A DNA stretch of 64,000 bases, taken from Azolla caroliniana. Its lineage: Eukaryota > Plantae > Polypodiophyta. Location of the stretch: the NCBI GenBank assembly GCA_043228905.1, contig JBHGNT010000004.1, positions 7,564,001 to 7,628,000 of the forward strand. Reading direction: 5' to 3'. Shown here piece after piece: positions 14,301-29,000 of this stretch; position 1 is the first letter of the stretch, and each line of letters begins with the position of its first letter. The translations under genes were made by a program, and so were the position numbers. A model generated the notes under the pieces. The model was not told the DNA's origin and made no database searches. It saw nothing but the letters and a program-made list of their open reading frames with translations.

Positions 14301-16826
14301 GAATTGTTGATCATCTTGAGCTACTTGAAACTTCGAATGGTAGACAAACTGGAGAGACATCAGTGGTGGAAAATTCGCCACATATCAGCTTAGAGAATCA
14401 AGGCTTTAAAGAAAGTGTTTGCATGAGCAGTTCAAAGAGCAGGAGTTCAGTGACAAAGCAAAGTTCACGTGTAGTAGATTCATCTTCCCAACTTGAAGAG
14501 GTTGATATGGGATCTTGGTCTGTTGGGGCAGGAACAGTTGATAGTTCAAGCAGCAGCATTGTTGAGAGTCAATCTTCCATTTCAGAGAATGATTCAGCTC
14601 TCATAAAAAGGCAACTCTGCCACATAGAGAATCAACAATCAAGTATTCTTGAGCTATTGCAGGTATTGTTAAGATTGCTGTAATGATCTGGTAATATATT
14701 TTCTCTGGACAAATCCTAGTACACACAACTAAGCTCAATTATGAACACAGTGTTTGTGGGGATTCTATACGCTTGTTGGCCATGCTTGGTTTTATGATTC
14801 ATCACACGATTCTTAACTTTATCCAGATATTTGCAAACATCAAGAGATATCAATAATGTAACAAATAGGCCGACGAAATTAGAATCATAGTTAAAGGTTG
14901 GATTTAATAATGAGCTTATAGCCTTGCCCTAGGTCAGAGTGTATCAAGCTTTCATCCTTGATCACATATTGCATAATTCATTTTTTAAGGACTACTGCCC
15001 CACCTGCCATATCCTCAGGATTTCCCTTGATCTGGCAATTCCTTGTTACATTGAGATTATATATTTTGAACATTTGGATCTTAGTATTATTTTGCTTTTT
15101 AAATTTCATTATTCTTGTTGCCTACTTTGTTTTCAAAGAATGCTTTAGAATTTTTTTTGTCCTCCGTGCATCACATTTTCTGCCAACCCTTTAGGTTTTG
15201 CATCCATTTGTATTTCTTTGTTTTTACTCTTAAAACTCATTTTGATTTGTTATAAGGCTTCTGCCTTTTTTATCTGTAGCTTATGAGACTGGATAGTTCT
15301 TTATTTATGAAGCTATAAGATTCCAAACTGTATTGCTAATACACATCATATTTTTGAAACACTCTAACAGAAGTTTATGAACCGGTCAGAAGAAAGCTTA
15401 CTCAAGTTAGAGGCAAGGATTTCTGGTGTAGAGTCAAATATGGCTCACCTAGTCATGGATTTAATGAATGGAAGGTACGAGGGAGATTCTGGTCGATTCT
15501 CCAACAAGGTTCATGCTACCTTAGACGACATAGGTTCGAGAACTCTCAAGCGAACTGATATTTCTGGTTACTCTCAGGAGAGACCTCTCTCATCTGAAGG
15601 TATACGAAGTGGCCGAAAGTCACCGCTAAGAAGCCCACGGATTGGCACAAATATTGCTGGATTTGGAGAATTGCGATTTGGATCATCTGCATGTGCTCCT
15701 TTGCCGGGAAATGTTTTCTCAGAAACACAGGCTTGTAATAATAACTCTAGGAGAATTCACCTTGATGTGTCTCCTGAGAGTTTGCTTAGAAGAGCAAGAA
15801 ATGAAGGTGATAGTAACAGTTTCTTAACCAAAGGCATCCAAGAAAGAGGGCCTATTTCATCCAGGCTTGGCAATGGTGAAGGTCCCTCAGCAAGGAGTAT
15901 ATGGCAAGCATCAAAGGATGAAGCAACCCTCGCAGCCATTAGGGTTGCAGGAGGAGAAGATGGAAGGTTAAAGGCACCAGAGGGTTTGAAAGCCATTACA
16001 TCGGAAAGGACCCATTTGAGTAGTGAGGTGAAGCAAGAAGTCATGAGACACAAGACAGTTGTAGGTGGGCAAGGGAAAAGTCCATTTTGGAGTCTTTGGG
16101 CAAGAGCTGCTGAGTTTCTTCGTTCTGGTGATGTTGATTCAGCGTATGTCGAGGTGCTTTGTGCAGGAGATGAACTTCTTTTAGTTCGTCTTATGAGTAG
16201 GACAGGCCCGGTTCTTGAACAACTTTCCAATGGCACAGCTCAAGAGCTTTTGGGAACCATTATACTGCTCATGTTGCATCAAAGCTTCCTGGATGTGATC
16301 ATACCTTGGCTGCAACAGGTTCTAATTGGGGGAAAAGAAAACGCCAAATACTCCCTGAATTTTTCTTTATTTTACCAAAGTACTCTTATTTTTCCGTTAT
16401 TTCCCTGGATGCCCTTGGTCAAACCCCAAAGAGCTCTTATATGGTTGAGTTTTATCCCCCTTTTCTCATTTTTATTTTTGGGGTTTCTACCAAGGGGGTG
16501 TTGGGAAATACTAAGGGCACCTTTGAAGATACAAAGAAAAACTCAGGGGTGTTTCTGAACAGTTCCCTTCGTTCATTTACATTCTTGAAAAGCATTTGGC
16601 TCTATCCACAGGAAGCTAATCATGTTAACGAATGCTCTTCATTTTGCAGGTAGTTGACCTTGTAACAAACAATGGCTCCGATTGCTTGGGCTTCTCATCT
16701 GAGAGGAAAAGAGAATTGATGGATTCTTTGGAGGAAGCCTCCACTTCTAATTACCCTGAGAAATGGATTGTAACTACGCTTCGTGAAGTTTCTATTCAGC
16801 TTGGCACCACTTGGGGGCTTGCTTGA
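11347..16826 (+). CDS. SPR2: TORTIFOLIA1/SPIRAL2-like microtubule-associated protein, ~950 aa; exons 11347-12075, 12585-12782, 12889-12985, 13959-14662, 15371-16318, 16650-16826
   Basis: N-terminal HEAT/TOG-like region (ELKQRIITALNKLSDRDT, VKRLRDPDSSIRDAC, SDWATRKSA, CRFDK|VKPVRD), a coiled coil (IKRQLCHIENQQSSILELLQ), the family motif GEGPSARSIWQASKDEATLAAIRVAG, and C-terminal AYVEVL..LLVRLMSRTGPV. All five introns are GT-AG and keep frame (phases 0,0,1,0,0). Confidence 0.93.
13320..13800. repeat. AT-rich MITE-like remnant in intron 3 with a ~113-bp tandem duplication (~13575-13685 / ~13689-13800)
   Basis: Many gtattcta/tagaatac subrepeats. Begins catagttgtta (hAT-like end). The second terminus was not found. 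Confidence 0.5.
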
Positions 16827-18118
16827 AGGTTAACATTTTGGTTATTGTTATTATTTTACTTGTTCCTAAAGGTCTGGCTATGGATCTCTAAACTTAAACA
16901 TTAATTTGAAGGGCAATTGGAGGAGACTAGGATCACTAAGCTCTGTTTCTTTGTTTCTTTTTTCAAGTGTCATGAATATTTGATCCTTCGCATAATACTA
17001 GGAAAGTCTGTACATAATGTTCCTCTGAGCTTGGATATGGGTGTCAAGCGTGATGAAAAGCACAAATCTAAATGAGTACTATTTATCCCTTGATCTTTTG
17101 GCTTGGTGCTAATTTAATGGACATCATTTATCAGAAATCTCTTGAGTGATGCAGTTGGATTGCTTTGCAAGAGAAATACTAATGCAGGCGTATATTGCAT
17201 CTGTATGTGTATACTAGTAAACATTGTTACCGGCCATATTAGATGTTTTCCAGCTATGTGTTTGTTAGTAATGATGCACAAGGATTGAACTTGCGAACCT
17301 AATACAGATATGGTACCTGAGAAGCCAAATATTGGAGCTAAGTCTACTTTTATGGTAGTCTAGTTTGATGAACATGCCTCTAGAGCGATGCACACATGTA
17401 TTGCTTTGCTAATAGTAAGATTCATGATTATAGTAATCTAGGTTGATGTTTGTGGAGGGATGCACTGCATTTTTTCTGTTAAGTGTATGTGAGTTACCAG
17501 TTTATGTACCCTGCTAGCAAAGCAATAAAATTTGCATAAGTCAAGCAACATGTTTAACTTAGCCTCAAGTCTCACTAGTTACTTGTACATATAATCTCCA
17601 GTCTCACTAGTTTTAGTACAATGTCTGAATTTGTCTGTGCTAGTAAAGATGGTTACTAATTATACTGGGTATCTTCCAGTTAAATATTTGTTATGCTGAA
17701 GTAATGATTCAGAGGGGATTCATTTTGCTTCATTAAAGGAGACAGTCCTTTATAAATCCATGCATTCTTATCTTTCTATGTTGGATCTCTTTAGGATTTT
17801 AGCGAAAGAGAGGTTTAAGAAAATGTTGAGGATTTGTAGGTTTCAAACCCAAGGTGTGACTGCTAATAGAACTTACGCCTACCACTACTAAAAACAAAAC
17901 AGATGGAGAAACTATGGTGTGAAACAGAAACAAAGAGAGATTCTTTTGCAGTCTAGGAGGGTCTGGAACATGAAAATGAAGAGTTACTACTTGCATTTGA
18001 GAGGTTTTCTGAAGCATTTGGACCATGAGGGAGGTATTAGATTAAGCCATGTGCACCTACTGGCTTAATCTCATGTTGATAACAACAGTATGCATTTCCA
18101 CATGTCCATGGTGGTGAG

Positions 18119-18386
18119 TAGGAATCAACAGTGGTCGGTTTTGGCTTAACCGGTTTGGCCTTGTCCAAACCAAACGGGTTAAGCCTTAACCAGTTTGGCA
18201 GTTTTCTAACTTGAACCAAATCAATCCCTAAATCGGTTAGGTTCGGCTTGAGCCTTGTCAAATCAAGCTCGAATCGGTGGAAGCTCAAGCCTGAATTGAG
18301 CTGAATTGAACCTCCAAACCATTAAACTGGTTAAAAATAATTTAATGGCTCAGTTTAGGCTTGAGCTGAGCCATTGCCTTCTCCTA
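18119..18386. mobile_element. Non-autonomous hAT-type MITE
   Basis: TAGGA..TCCTA termini, 8-bp TSD gtggtgag (18111-18118) / gtggtgac (18387-18394), and internal aaccg/cggtt/gagct subterminal repeats. Confidence 0.75.
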
Positions 18387-18999
18387 GTGGTGACTTGTGA
18401 TATGCATATGCATGTTCACCATGGAAACAAGGGAATTACATTTAATATTTAGACATGAAGTAGGGATTTGGGAAGTTCGATATAAAAAAGTGAGGCTTGC
18501 TATGTAATAACTACCACTACACGTAGGTAGTAGAACAACAATATGGTAGGTTTATGATTAAAACTTAAAAGTAATGCTCCATGGATAGCTATATGCTAGC
18601 CATATCCTAGTGTTATCTCTTCCTTGTAGTGTAAGATAAAATTATCCAAAGAATGTCATATTTAAAGATCCCATGTGGCAAATGTTTACCTTCAATAACT
18701 TTAGCATACATTATCCCTATAATACTCTTCAATATCAATTTATCTATCGTGGCTTCTTCCAACAAGGGGGAAATTACTATATAATAAAAACTCTCTTTGT
18801 GAAAATAATACATGAACATATTGTGTGCTTTTATTTTGATTTTTGTAATGAGACAATATATGCAACGAGTTAGATGCATGAAGGCTCAAGCTTAATGTGA
18901 AGATTTACCATGGTCGTCACATTAACTATGGTTAAAGAAGGTTTACTAAGGTGAAGAAGGTAATTGCATGAATCACGTTGGAGATAAGAAGCATGACTC

Positions 19000-19129
19000 A
19001 AGATCAAGCTAAAGATAGAAAAAGCATAAATAGAGGAGCACAAAGATCAAGTGAAAGATAGAAAAAGTAGAAATAGAGGAGCGCAAGAATCAAACAAAAG
19101 ATAGGAAAAGAAGAAATAGATGAGCACAA
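19000..19129 (+). repeat. Three tandem ~43-bp purine-rich units
   Basis: agatcaa..aaagatagaaaaag..aaatagaggagc repeated three times with substitutions. Confidence 0.7.
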
Positions 19130-19221
19130 ACAAAGAAACTCTAAAAAAAGAGTAAAGAAAAAGACACATAAGAGGAAGCACTATAAAAAGGGAAGAGGGT
19201 CACATACTAAAAGAGACACTA

Positions 19222-22200
19222 GAAAGTCGAAGTGAGTCAAAAATTGCGCCCACTGGGCTTGTTGCCGACTCAAGACTCGAGCATTTTGGAAATATGTTAG
19301 GTTTTTATGATCGTTGTAGACAATGATCTGCTGAGAAGAACCTTCTAGAAAATGTCTCCATTGTTGAAAAGAATCCACAATTGCAAGAAGTTCTTTGTCA
19401 TGAATCTCGTAGTTGATCTCTGTAGCTTCAAACTTCGGGAATGAATGGCGACAGGGTGTAGCTGTCCATTATCTCTAGTTTGCGATAGGACACTCCCTAG
19501 TGCAAAATTAGATGCATCAGTTTCAAGGATGAAGCGTTTTGTTGGGTCAACATGTGCTAAAATAGGTGTTGTTGTAAATGCTTGTTTTAAGCTTTCAAAT
19601 GCCTTGGCTGCACTTGAACTCCATATGAATTGTTGATTTTTGTGTGTGAGTTGTGTGAGCGGAAGCATGACCTCGGAATAATTGTTAATAAATTTCCCAT
19701 AAAAATTTGCAAACCCAAGAAAACATTGCACATCGCACACTAAAAGGGGCGTCTGCCACTCTAAAATTGCTTGAACATTCATGGGGTCCATAGCAACACC
19801 ATCCGATGATACAACATACCCCAAAAATTCCACTTGATTCTGGTCGAAACTACACTTTTCTAATTGTGTAGAGACCATATTCTCGTAGTCGACGTAATAC
19901 CTGACGAACATGTTCATCATGCTCCTCTTGGGTCTTCGAGTAGATCAAAATGTCATCTAGGTAAACTATAGTGAAGATATCGAGATAATCTCGAAAAATA
20001 TCATTCACCATATGCTGGAAAACTGCAGGTGCATTCGTGAGACCGAATGGCATTACATTATACTCAAAATGTCCATAGCGAGTGCGAAAAGCAATCTTCC
20101 ATTCATCCCCCAGACGAATCCGAACTAAGATTATATGCACTACGAAGGTCGAACTTCGTGAAATATTTTGCTCCAATGAGACGTTCCTAAAGGTTTGGGA
20201 TTAACAATAGAGCATACCTATTCCGGATAGTCACTTTGTTTAACCCTCGATAATCCATGACAAACCTAAGAGACCCATTCTTTTTCTTAACGAAGAAGAT
20301 AGGTGCATCGATAGGGGATCTAGAATGCTAAATGAATCCGTTTGCCAGATTCTCATCGATATATTCTTGCAAAGTCTCTAGCTCTATAGGGGAGAGATTA
20401 TAAATTGGGCCCAATGGAGGTTCTTTCCCTGGTTGTAAGTCAATAGGGCAATCATATGACCGATGCTCCAGCAACGTATTGGCCTTCACCTTATCAAAGA
20501 TGTCTGAGAACTCTTCGTATATCTCTGGTAGTTTAATGTCCGCTTCATGTAAGGTGGATGATGGAGTTGCCACTATTGCGATTACGAACATGTCATCATT
20601 CCCCCCTTCCTCATGTAACCGACATAGAGAGATGGTCGATAACTTATGGGATCTAGTATCAAATGTCAGAGATGTGAGGGATGCAAGCTTTGTTCTTGTT
20701 TCCTTGGTGTCCTCAATTGTTCTTTTCATCCAATCAATCTTCGGGTTATGGAGTTCAAACCAAGGGAGACCTAGAACTATTGGGTGTTTTGGACTGCGAG
20801 TAATGTTGAAAGAGATTATGCTTGCCAAATCGCCAAGAACTATACGAATTGGCTCACACTCCTCGACTATATCACCTGATGCTATGGGACGGCCATCAAT
20901 GACTCCTACTGCTACTGGGTTCGGGATCTTATTCAAGAGGATGTTTTGTGACAATGCAAATTCACGATCCATGAAACAAGATTTGGCTCCAGAATCTAGG
21001 AGGGTAGAGGCTAGGACTCGATGACATGTAGATGTGGGAAGCTCGACTTGTGCAGAAAAAACTCTACTCACTTGATTTGATGAAATGGAACCACGACTAG
21101 GAACTAACTCTACATAGCTAGGATGGTCCAACCAAATAGCTCCTATTTTGGTTGGACTTACTCGTTTAACAAATCCTCTAATTGGCTCAAGACATCAAAT
21201 CTATTCTCATGTCATAGACTATTAGGCTTACTTATGTTATTAGAAGTAACAATGGAACTTGAAGTAGGGTTGTCATGTGCACTTACTTGGTATACTTGAC
21301 GTCTAGGTTTATGTGGACAATTCACGACTATATGTCTTGGACCGCCACAATATAGACATAGGCGGGGTGCACTCGACGTCGTTGCTTCTCAACATCTGAT
21401 AAAGGCCCTAGATGTTGTGTTGACTCTATTTCCATCGGAGTTGGGCCATCCCTTGTAATGGGTCTGAAAACTTGTGGAGGCATTGCGACTTATGGCCTGG
21501 ATCGCCACAATATAGACATAGGCGGTGTGCTCGACGTCGTTGCTTCTCAACATCTGATAAAGGCCCTCGACATTGTGTTGACTCTATTTCCATCGGAGTT
21601 GGTCCATCCCTTGTAATGGGTCTGGATACTTGTGAGGCGTTGCGACGACAGAAGCGTAAGTCTGTTCTGGTTGGCGGTGTAACATTTGTTGGCGTTCAGA
21701 ACGTTGCTCAAATAGGCGATTATCACATCGCACGACTCGACTAATTGCCTCTGTAAGAGACTTTGGATCTTCATGGAAACTAAGAAGAAGATCTTTGACA
21801 TCATTACGCAAACCTTGACGGAATTGATCCATTAAGGCCGCTTCATCCCAAGGGATATCGCATGCCAAGAGATGAGGCTGCGTAAGCGGACGCGGGACGA
21901 TCTCCTTGTCGGTGCCTTCGAATCTTGTTTATCGCCGTCCTAGTGGTGTTAGTGTCTCCGAAACTAGCTTGAAACTCCTTAACAAATGCCTCAAAATCCT
22001 CCAACAATGGTGATTTCTTCTGGAGGAGTGGTGCAAACCATGCTAATGTCGTACCGCATAGCAAGGTTCCCACTAATCCCACACGAGCAGCGTCAGTTGG
22101 GTACTGATTGGGATGTAGCTAAATAACCAAACGAACTTGATTCAAAAAGCCTCGAAATAAAGACATTGTACCATCAAACTTAGCGGGGAGGCTAATCTTT

Positions 22201-22519
22201 GGTTCTCTAGGGGAGTTTTGAGCCCCTGATACTTGTTCTCGTAATGATAATATACTAGCCTCGAGTTGGTGAACTCGTTACGATAACTCTTCATATTGTT
22301 GAGCTTTTTTGGTACTCACTTGTTGTAGGTCCCCAAGTAGCCTTTGATTTTCATGCTCTAATGCAACAAATTTATTCGTGAGCATGACGACCTCAGAAAG
22401 AACACACATATATTCTTGTTTGCTCACGGACTCCATAGCTTACAAGGATAGAGGAGAAGAAAGAAGTGAACTTGTTAGGGTTTGTGGAAGAGGAAGAAAT
22501 GAAAAAATTGGTTCAAACT

Positions 22520-22569
<50 letters not shown>

Positions 22570-22940
22570 GTATTATATTTTATTGTAAGAAGGATTACAA
22601 AGAGTAGGCAAAAGAGAGCTATAGAATGACGTTGAACCAATTTGGTTTTAAAATGATTAATAGATCCCTATTTATAAGTCCATGTAGAGTAATATAGACA
22701 ACTCTAGAATCTTCTAAGACATTCTAGAGTAATCTAGAAGGTTCTAGTATATAGAACACTCTAGAATATTCTAGGTCATTCTAGAATGTAGAGTGATAGA
22801 ATATTCTTATTATATTAGATTATTAATTCTAACAACCATACATATAAGCATATTATTACAATGGTTAAGGATTTGATATGTGTACAACAAGGTTGTGGGT
22901 TCAAATATTTTCGAGGCATAATACGAGTGTCATCATGACA
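19222..22940 (-). mobile_element. Element G: 3'-truncated, degenerate Ty3/Gypsy chromovirus-type element (5' LTR 22519-22940, gag, protease, RT, RNase H; no integrase or 3' LTR)
   Basis: LLDSGA protease, YLDD RT, ETDAS..DHKNL RNase H; gag homologous to A and B. The LTR ends ..tcatgaca (22940) like those of A and B. Confidence 0.85.
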
Positions 22941-25900
22941 ATTGTAGGCTTCTTCGTCATATAGACTCAAAGCATATCTTCAATAATTTGATTGACTCAT
23001 TTAATTAGACCATCAAATTGAGGATGACCTTAGGTACTCGTGCTCAAAGTAGTTTTGAGATTTTAAAGATTCGAATTCAAAATTACTATTGAACTTAAAA
23101 TCTCTATCACTAACTACATCCATCAATAACTTGTAAATCAGAATAACTTGTTAACAAATCAATGAGCCAATTCATGAAGTTTATTGTGGTTTTGGCTAGT
23201 ATACATCTAAGTAATTTTGTTTGTCAATTGATAACAATACATATAGAAATGTGTCCTCTTTAACATGTTCGGGGAAAGCTAACAATAAAATCCATAGATA
23301 TACTTTCCCATTTATTATTAGGATATCTAGGAGACGTAGAAGACCTACAACTTTATATTGCTCAACCTTATTCACATGATATTACAAACATTTGATTACA
23401 TAAATTTGCACTTCATAGCATAGTTTATGGCAAGTTTTTTTTTTAGAGATTAGAATGATTGCAAACATTCCGTAGCAATCATTGAGCAAATACAAATAAG
23501 AAGAAAAAAATTACAATCCATGAATTTACATTCTTCATCAAATGTAAAATTCTCTAATACATAAAGATAATTTTTTTCCTTCAACTAACATAAAACCCTA
23601 AATAAACTTGAGATCATGTTATCCCTAATCTTTTACAATGCTTGACGCTATTACGTAGGCTATCGACAATAAAGAGGATGTAATAACAAAATTAGCGAAT
23701 ATGTTTGAGAGAGATCCTTGAGTTTCGGTGTAGTGAGACTACGATACGATTACATTGTCTTTTCACATTATCGGCCTCCTATTTACCCTTGCGATTCACT
23801 ACCATGTGTTAAACTGTATTTCAACAAAGCCAGGGCCTCCAATCTCAAAATGACCATCCAAGGCCCTCTGCTTTGTTCCTCCCTAACTATTCATGGTGAT
23901 GAGTCCTCTCACCAACAATAGAAACTTGTGCAATGAGTCCTCACAAAAGTGTGTTCCTCATTTCATTGAATCACATTTGCCATTCCTATATTGCGAGTAA
24001 CATAAATAATTGTCCCCCCCCCCCCTTCCGTTGCCCTTAACAGTTCAAACTGGCGTCCTCATTGATGTACTCTCATCTTCTTTCAAGTACACATTCCATT
24101 TACTTCTTTGACCATAACATTAACCTATTATAAAACCTAGGTTTTAGATGTTTTTCTCCTTTGCAACATCACAACAACGGTAAACTATTAGAAATGCGAA
24201 AGGTTGAATTTGAGGGTGTGTTGATTTTAATGGTATCTTTCCTAGATTTCTCATCTAGTATCCGTTGAAGAAACTGTCATCAATGGTACTAGCATGTTAA
24301 CCTCACGAATATGACTAAGAACATCAACAATTGTGTTCATTGAAACTTTGTGTTAACAAGAGGGAAAATCAAAGTCTTGGATAAGATATACCTAAAGACA
24401 TTTACAACCAAGATGATCATGTTGATTGACAAAATATTTTAAAGATCAATGGTTTGTGATTGCTAGAAATGATTTCCATACAAATAATGTCTCCAAATTT
24501 TAAGTGCATGAATGACCGCAAAAAAGTTATTTTTCTTGAGCTAAATATTAACATTGAGTAGAATGAAGTTTACTATTCTTGAAACCATTAGGTTTTTCAT
24601 TGTGGTAATGGACGACACCAATTGCATTATTAATAATGTTAGTTTCAACCTAGAAAGGTTTCGAAAGGTTAGGCAATATAAGTGTAGGAGCAATGTATCC
24701 GTGTTCCATGAGGATGATAAAACATTCTTGCAAGTGGTTATTCTAAGGAACTAGTTTAGTAGACTTTACTCGTTGACATTTTAACATATCATGAAACAAC
24801 ATAGTCAATTGTGAAATTTTCTAATAGACTTTCATAAAAAACTAACACCAAGAAATAAACGAAGTTCTCGAATAATAAGAGGAATAGGTCATAGTTGTCA
24901 TGAACATCTATACAAAATAGGATATATATCTATCTATATCTATCTATATACATATATAAAATAAAAATAGGATATCACTTTTCATGAATAATCTAGACTA
25001 TAAACATAATATTACAAAATTCACCACATTGTACACACTAATGTATGATCACCAAATGACATGCTTGGATGAATGCCAAGTGGAGATAATGTATGGATCC
25101 GAGTTGGCAAGCATGCATGGGTCCAACCATGCTATATAATTAGGTGCTTTAGTGATTGATGAACCATTCTAGTTCAATGTCAATCTTCGACATATTCTTG
25201 TAATTTTGTTCTTCTTGTTAAATTAGAATTAAATTCTCCTTTTATTTTCCCTATTGTTTTCTTGTTATCTCTCGTCATTCCATCTTGTTCTCGGCTACGA
25301 CTTCAATAGTTTGAACTATAATAACTCTCCCTCCCTTTTTAGGAGTTTTTCAAGCTTTATCATAGCAATGGAGTCTATCAACAAGCAAGAATACACATGT
25401 GGTCTCTTTGAACTTGATTTTTTTCAACAACATACGTGGCATTTTGGGATTTACAACAATTCCAATTCTTATGAAAACACAACAACATAGTGGACAAACT
25501 TGAAGCAACTCTACTATCTAATTGTGCCAATAAATTAAAAACCGACTTTACACAACCCCCACAAGAACCCAAGATTAACCTACTATAAAGAATCGGATAT
25601 GATTCTTGTGTAGCGGAAGAGATGTGTGTTATGTGTGTATGTGTGAGAGAAAAGAAATGAGAGAAGAGAAAACACAAGGTAGATTAGATAGAATGGAAAT
25701 AGAATACTCAAGAAGAAGAAGATGTATATTCACAAGGATAATATGAAATACAAAAATGTAGCATTACAATGAGTCACAACCAATGTAGTATGAAGTAGGA
25801 GAAGGGTGGTTTATATATAGTCACCCTCTCTCTTTATTAACTAGCTACAACAACTACTCTCTCTTGGGGAATGCGAAGTGGTGTGACTCTTGACATTTGA

Positions 25901-26066
25901 GTAATCATAGATTCTCAAAAGGTGTGTTCACATGTTGCACTATGTTGAGCTTGATTCGCAACACGCCCCATCAAGCTCAACTCGGGTCGGTTCCTTTCGA
26001 TTGATGTCCGCTTCAGCTGGTATCCGGTTCGGACGACCTCCAATGTCCGCTTCGGCTCGTACCCGG

Positions 26067-29000
26067 TGTCGTGCCTTTCGGCTCCGGATCGTTTGCGTGA
26101 GTCGGGTGGGAACCACCGGGGTTTTGGACTAGGAGAAAGAAGAATATGAGATGAGGCTAGTAATGAATAGATTATTAGAAAGAGAGATAGAAATTTCGTG
26201 AATCCCACGAGTGTATTGTATTCGATTAATCAATATTTAGATAAGAATATGTATTTAGATTGAAAGAAAGATATAAGAAACTTGTGAATCCCACAAGTAT
26301 AGATTATATTATTTTCGTGAATCCCACGATTATATTAATCGGTTGGTGTTTTCGGAAATATATCCAATTTCCAAATATTTCACACACAATTACATTGTGC
26401 TCCCCATCCTTATGTAGTGATGAGGAAGTCTTAGTAATCCATGCTTTTTCTCTAACTATAGACCCCATGCTTTTCCTATAGATAGACTATATGCTTTATC
26501 TAAAGTGATCATGCTTTTTTCTAACTTGTGCGTTTTTTATCATGCACGCTAGATGTGTATGTGTAGCTTTTTCTTTTGTTATGCGTTTTTCTAATGTTTA
26601 TCCTAGCGTGAATTTACCTTTCTACGTGGGACATCTATGCTTTAACACTAATGAAATGCTAGTGTAATGGTAAGACATTACATTATTAACATGGAGGTGC
26701 AAGGTTCGAATCTTGCCCTATGCATGTTCCATTTATTTTGCTATTTTCTTCTATTTCTTCATTTTTTATTGAATCTAATACTATATACGTTTTTCACGTA
26801 GTGTACAAAATACACTACGACACTCACCCCTCCAAACCCGCACATCCTCCGGTATGTGCCGAAGTTGTTGGTGTTTGTTAGTCTCCTCCGTCCGGTCTCT
26901 ACCCGATTGGTTTCGTTGCCGGCTCGTAGTACCCTCGACTTCTCTTGTTATGTTGACTTTGTCTCTCCATTTGGAGCACATCCATTCTTTCCACCCGAAC
27001 CATTGTCGACATCCGATCCACCATAGTCTTCGTTCGCTTTTTGCATGGCCCGCTTGGTCCTTGTCATCCGCGGTAGTATCTTTTCTTGCCCTCTTTCTTT
27101 TCTTCATCAATCTCGACTTCTTTTCGGATTTTCGGTTTAGTCGGATTAGCTTACTTCCGATTCGGTCTCGTCGGATCGTCTTTCGTTTAGTTCGGCTTCC
27201 TTTCCGATTTGTATTCGGTCGATCCGGACTCGGTTGATCGGTTTTTACCGATTCAGTGCTCTTTCGGGTCGGTTTCTTTTCTTTTCTTTTCGTCCGGATT
27301 TGCTTTCTTTTCTTCGTTTTCACCTGCCTTGTCCGGTTCGACTTTCGGCACTTCTTTCCGTTGTTCGCTACGTAGGTCCTCTGATATGTGCTCGTTGTTC
27401 GGTCCTCGTGTGGTTGTAATGCATGCTTCTTTTCTCGCCGTAGCGCGTGCTTCTTTATTCGCCATAACACGCGTTTCTTTATTCGCCGTAGAGCGTGCTC
27501 TGTATTACGCGCTTCTCCCGTCGTAGACCCGACCTCCGCATTGTCGCACTTTCTTTTAGATTGGAATTTCGGATGGATCATTTTCCATCCGAACCGACTT
27601 CCGACTTTACCTTCCTCGCCGCCATCTCCCGTCTCTCCGGTCTCACGTTGGTTCTCGGACACAACCGCCGAAGTCTCTAGATATTGTTGGCATGAATCCT
27701 TGGTATTACCTTCTTTCGTAGTTTTACCCTTAGCATTCTTCTCGGCTATCTCTTCATCGTATTCGTCGGCTTCGACATTCGTTTTCTCTCCGCCACCTTC
27801 CGTCTCTTCGGTCTCACGTTGCCTTTCGATCGCAACCGCCGGAGTCTCTGGAATCAGTGGTGGGGAAGTCTCGATATGGCAATCCGCCATTGATTCGTCC
27901 ATAGCCACCTCCGATTCGATGTCATCTTTCGTGGCGACCTCCTCAATCAAGTCCTCCTTGCTCTCTTTCACTGCATCAATTATGCAAACATCAATTATGC
28001 TTACCCCTTTTTCACCCGATGTTTCGGACACTTGTATTCCGAAATCTTCTTCTACACTTGGGTTATCGGCCTTATCCTTCGCCATCGTTCTTTCGCAAGA
28101 CAAGAGGGTAGCTTGTTTTACACCCTCTTCCGTCGCACCATCATGTTGTATTTCGGTCTTCATATCGGCTCCATCGTTTGTCTTCAATCGACCATCCTTC
28201 ATCGACCATGTCGTTGACAAGATTCTCATCTTCCTCTCATCATGTCTCCGGCATACCCTTTGGACTTCGGCCCAATCTTCAGTAAGACCATTCGTACCGT
28301 CATCGTCTTCGAGTTCAATCCCGATGTCCTTCCTTTCTTTTCGATCGATCGATTTTACGAACATTAGGACTTTATCCTCCCCCACCAAGCGTTGTTCCCG
28401 CTCCGAGAGTTGAGCAAGACGATGCTCGAACTCTAGGAATGCTTGTGTTGCACTTCGGTGGGTCTTCTCCGATGCCACCCATTCGTCGAATTTTCGCCGA
28501 TCTTGTCCCTTTGATCTCTTGTAATCATATGTCTCTCGTAAAGCTTCTTCGAATGACCCCCATGTCGAGTTTTGTTGCCGTATCTTGTAGATTCTTTCTT
28601 GTAGCTCATTCGTGGCCACCCGATTGAAGGATGTCACTTGCAATCCTTCCGGTATCCCACATCGTATCATCTCCGCCTTGTAGTCACGTAGATAGCATGA
28701 CACATCGTTTCCGTTGAATTGTCCGTTTCGTTGTACGAGCCGCTTTACTGCCCCCGTGATCTCCGACATCACTCGTTGTTCTTGTAGCATCCGCTCGAAC
28801 ATCATCATCATCGTTATGCTCATTGCCTCTTGTTGATTCTCCATCTCCTTGCCACCCGCCTTCACGTCGGGTTCACCAACTGTGTCGTGCCTTTCGGCTC
28901 CGGATCGTTTGCGTGAGTCGGGTGGGAACCACCGGGGTTTTGGACTAGGAGAAAGAAGAATATGAGATGAGGCTAGTAATGAATAGATTATTAGAAAGAG

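Noticed and set aside
16319-16558. Hydrophobic C-terminal extension of ORF 15377..16558
   Set aside because: It is read-through into intron 5. A GT donor at 16319 and AG acceptor at 16649 restore the conserved C-terminus.
19000-19129. CRISPR-like repeats
   Set aside because: Contiguous tandem units with no unique spacers, in a eukaryotic context.
23700-25500. Possible ancient Gypsy gag/protease fragment and LTR
   Set aside because: Too decayed to fix boundaries or motifs by eye.
26260-26481. Duplicated 73-aa ORF (also 29076..29297)
   Set aside because: Identical only because it lies in the two LTRs of E; non-ATG start and antisense to the element.
26650-26725. Calling the LTR A/B-box cassettes real tRNA genes
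   Set aside because: No convincing acceptor stem or canonical anticodon loop; reported only as tRNA-like promoter cassettes.
27388-28413. 341-aa plus-strand ORF
   Set aside because: Ser-rich antisense shadow of the acidic region of E gag.
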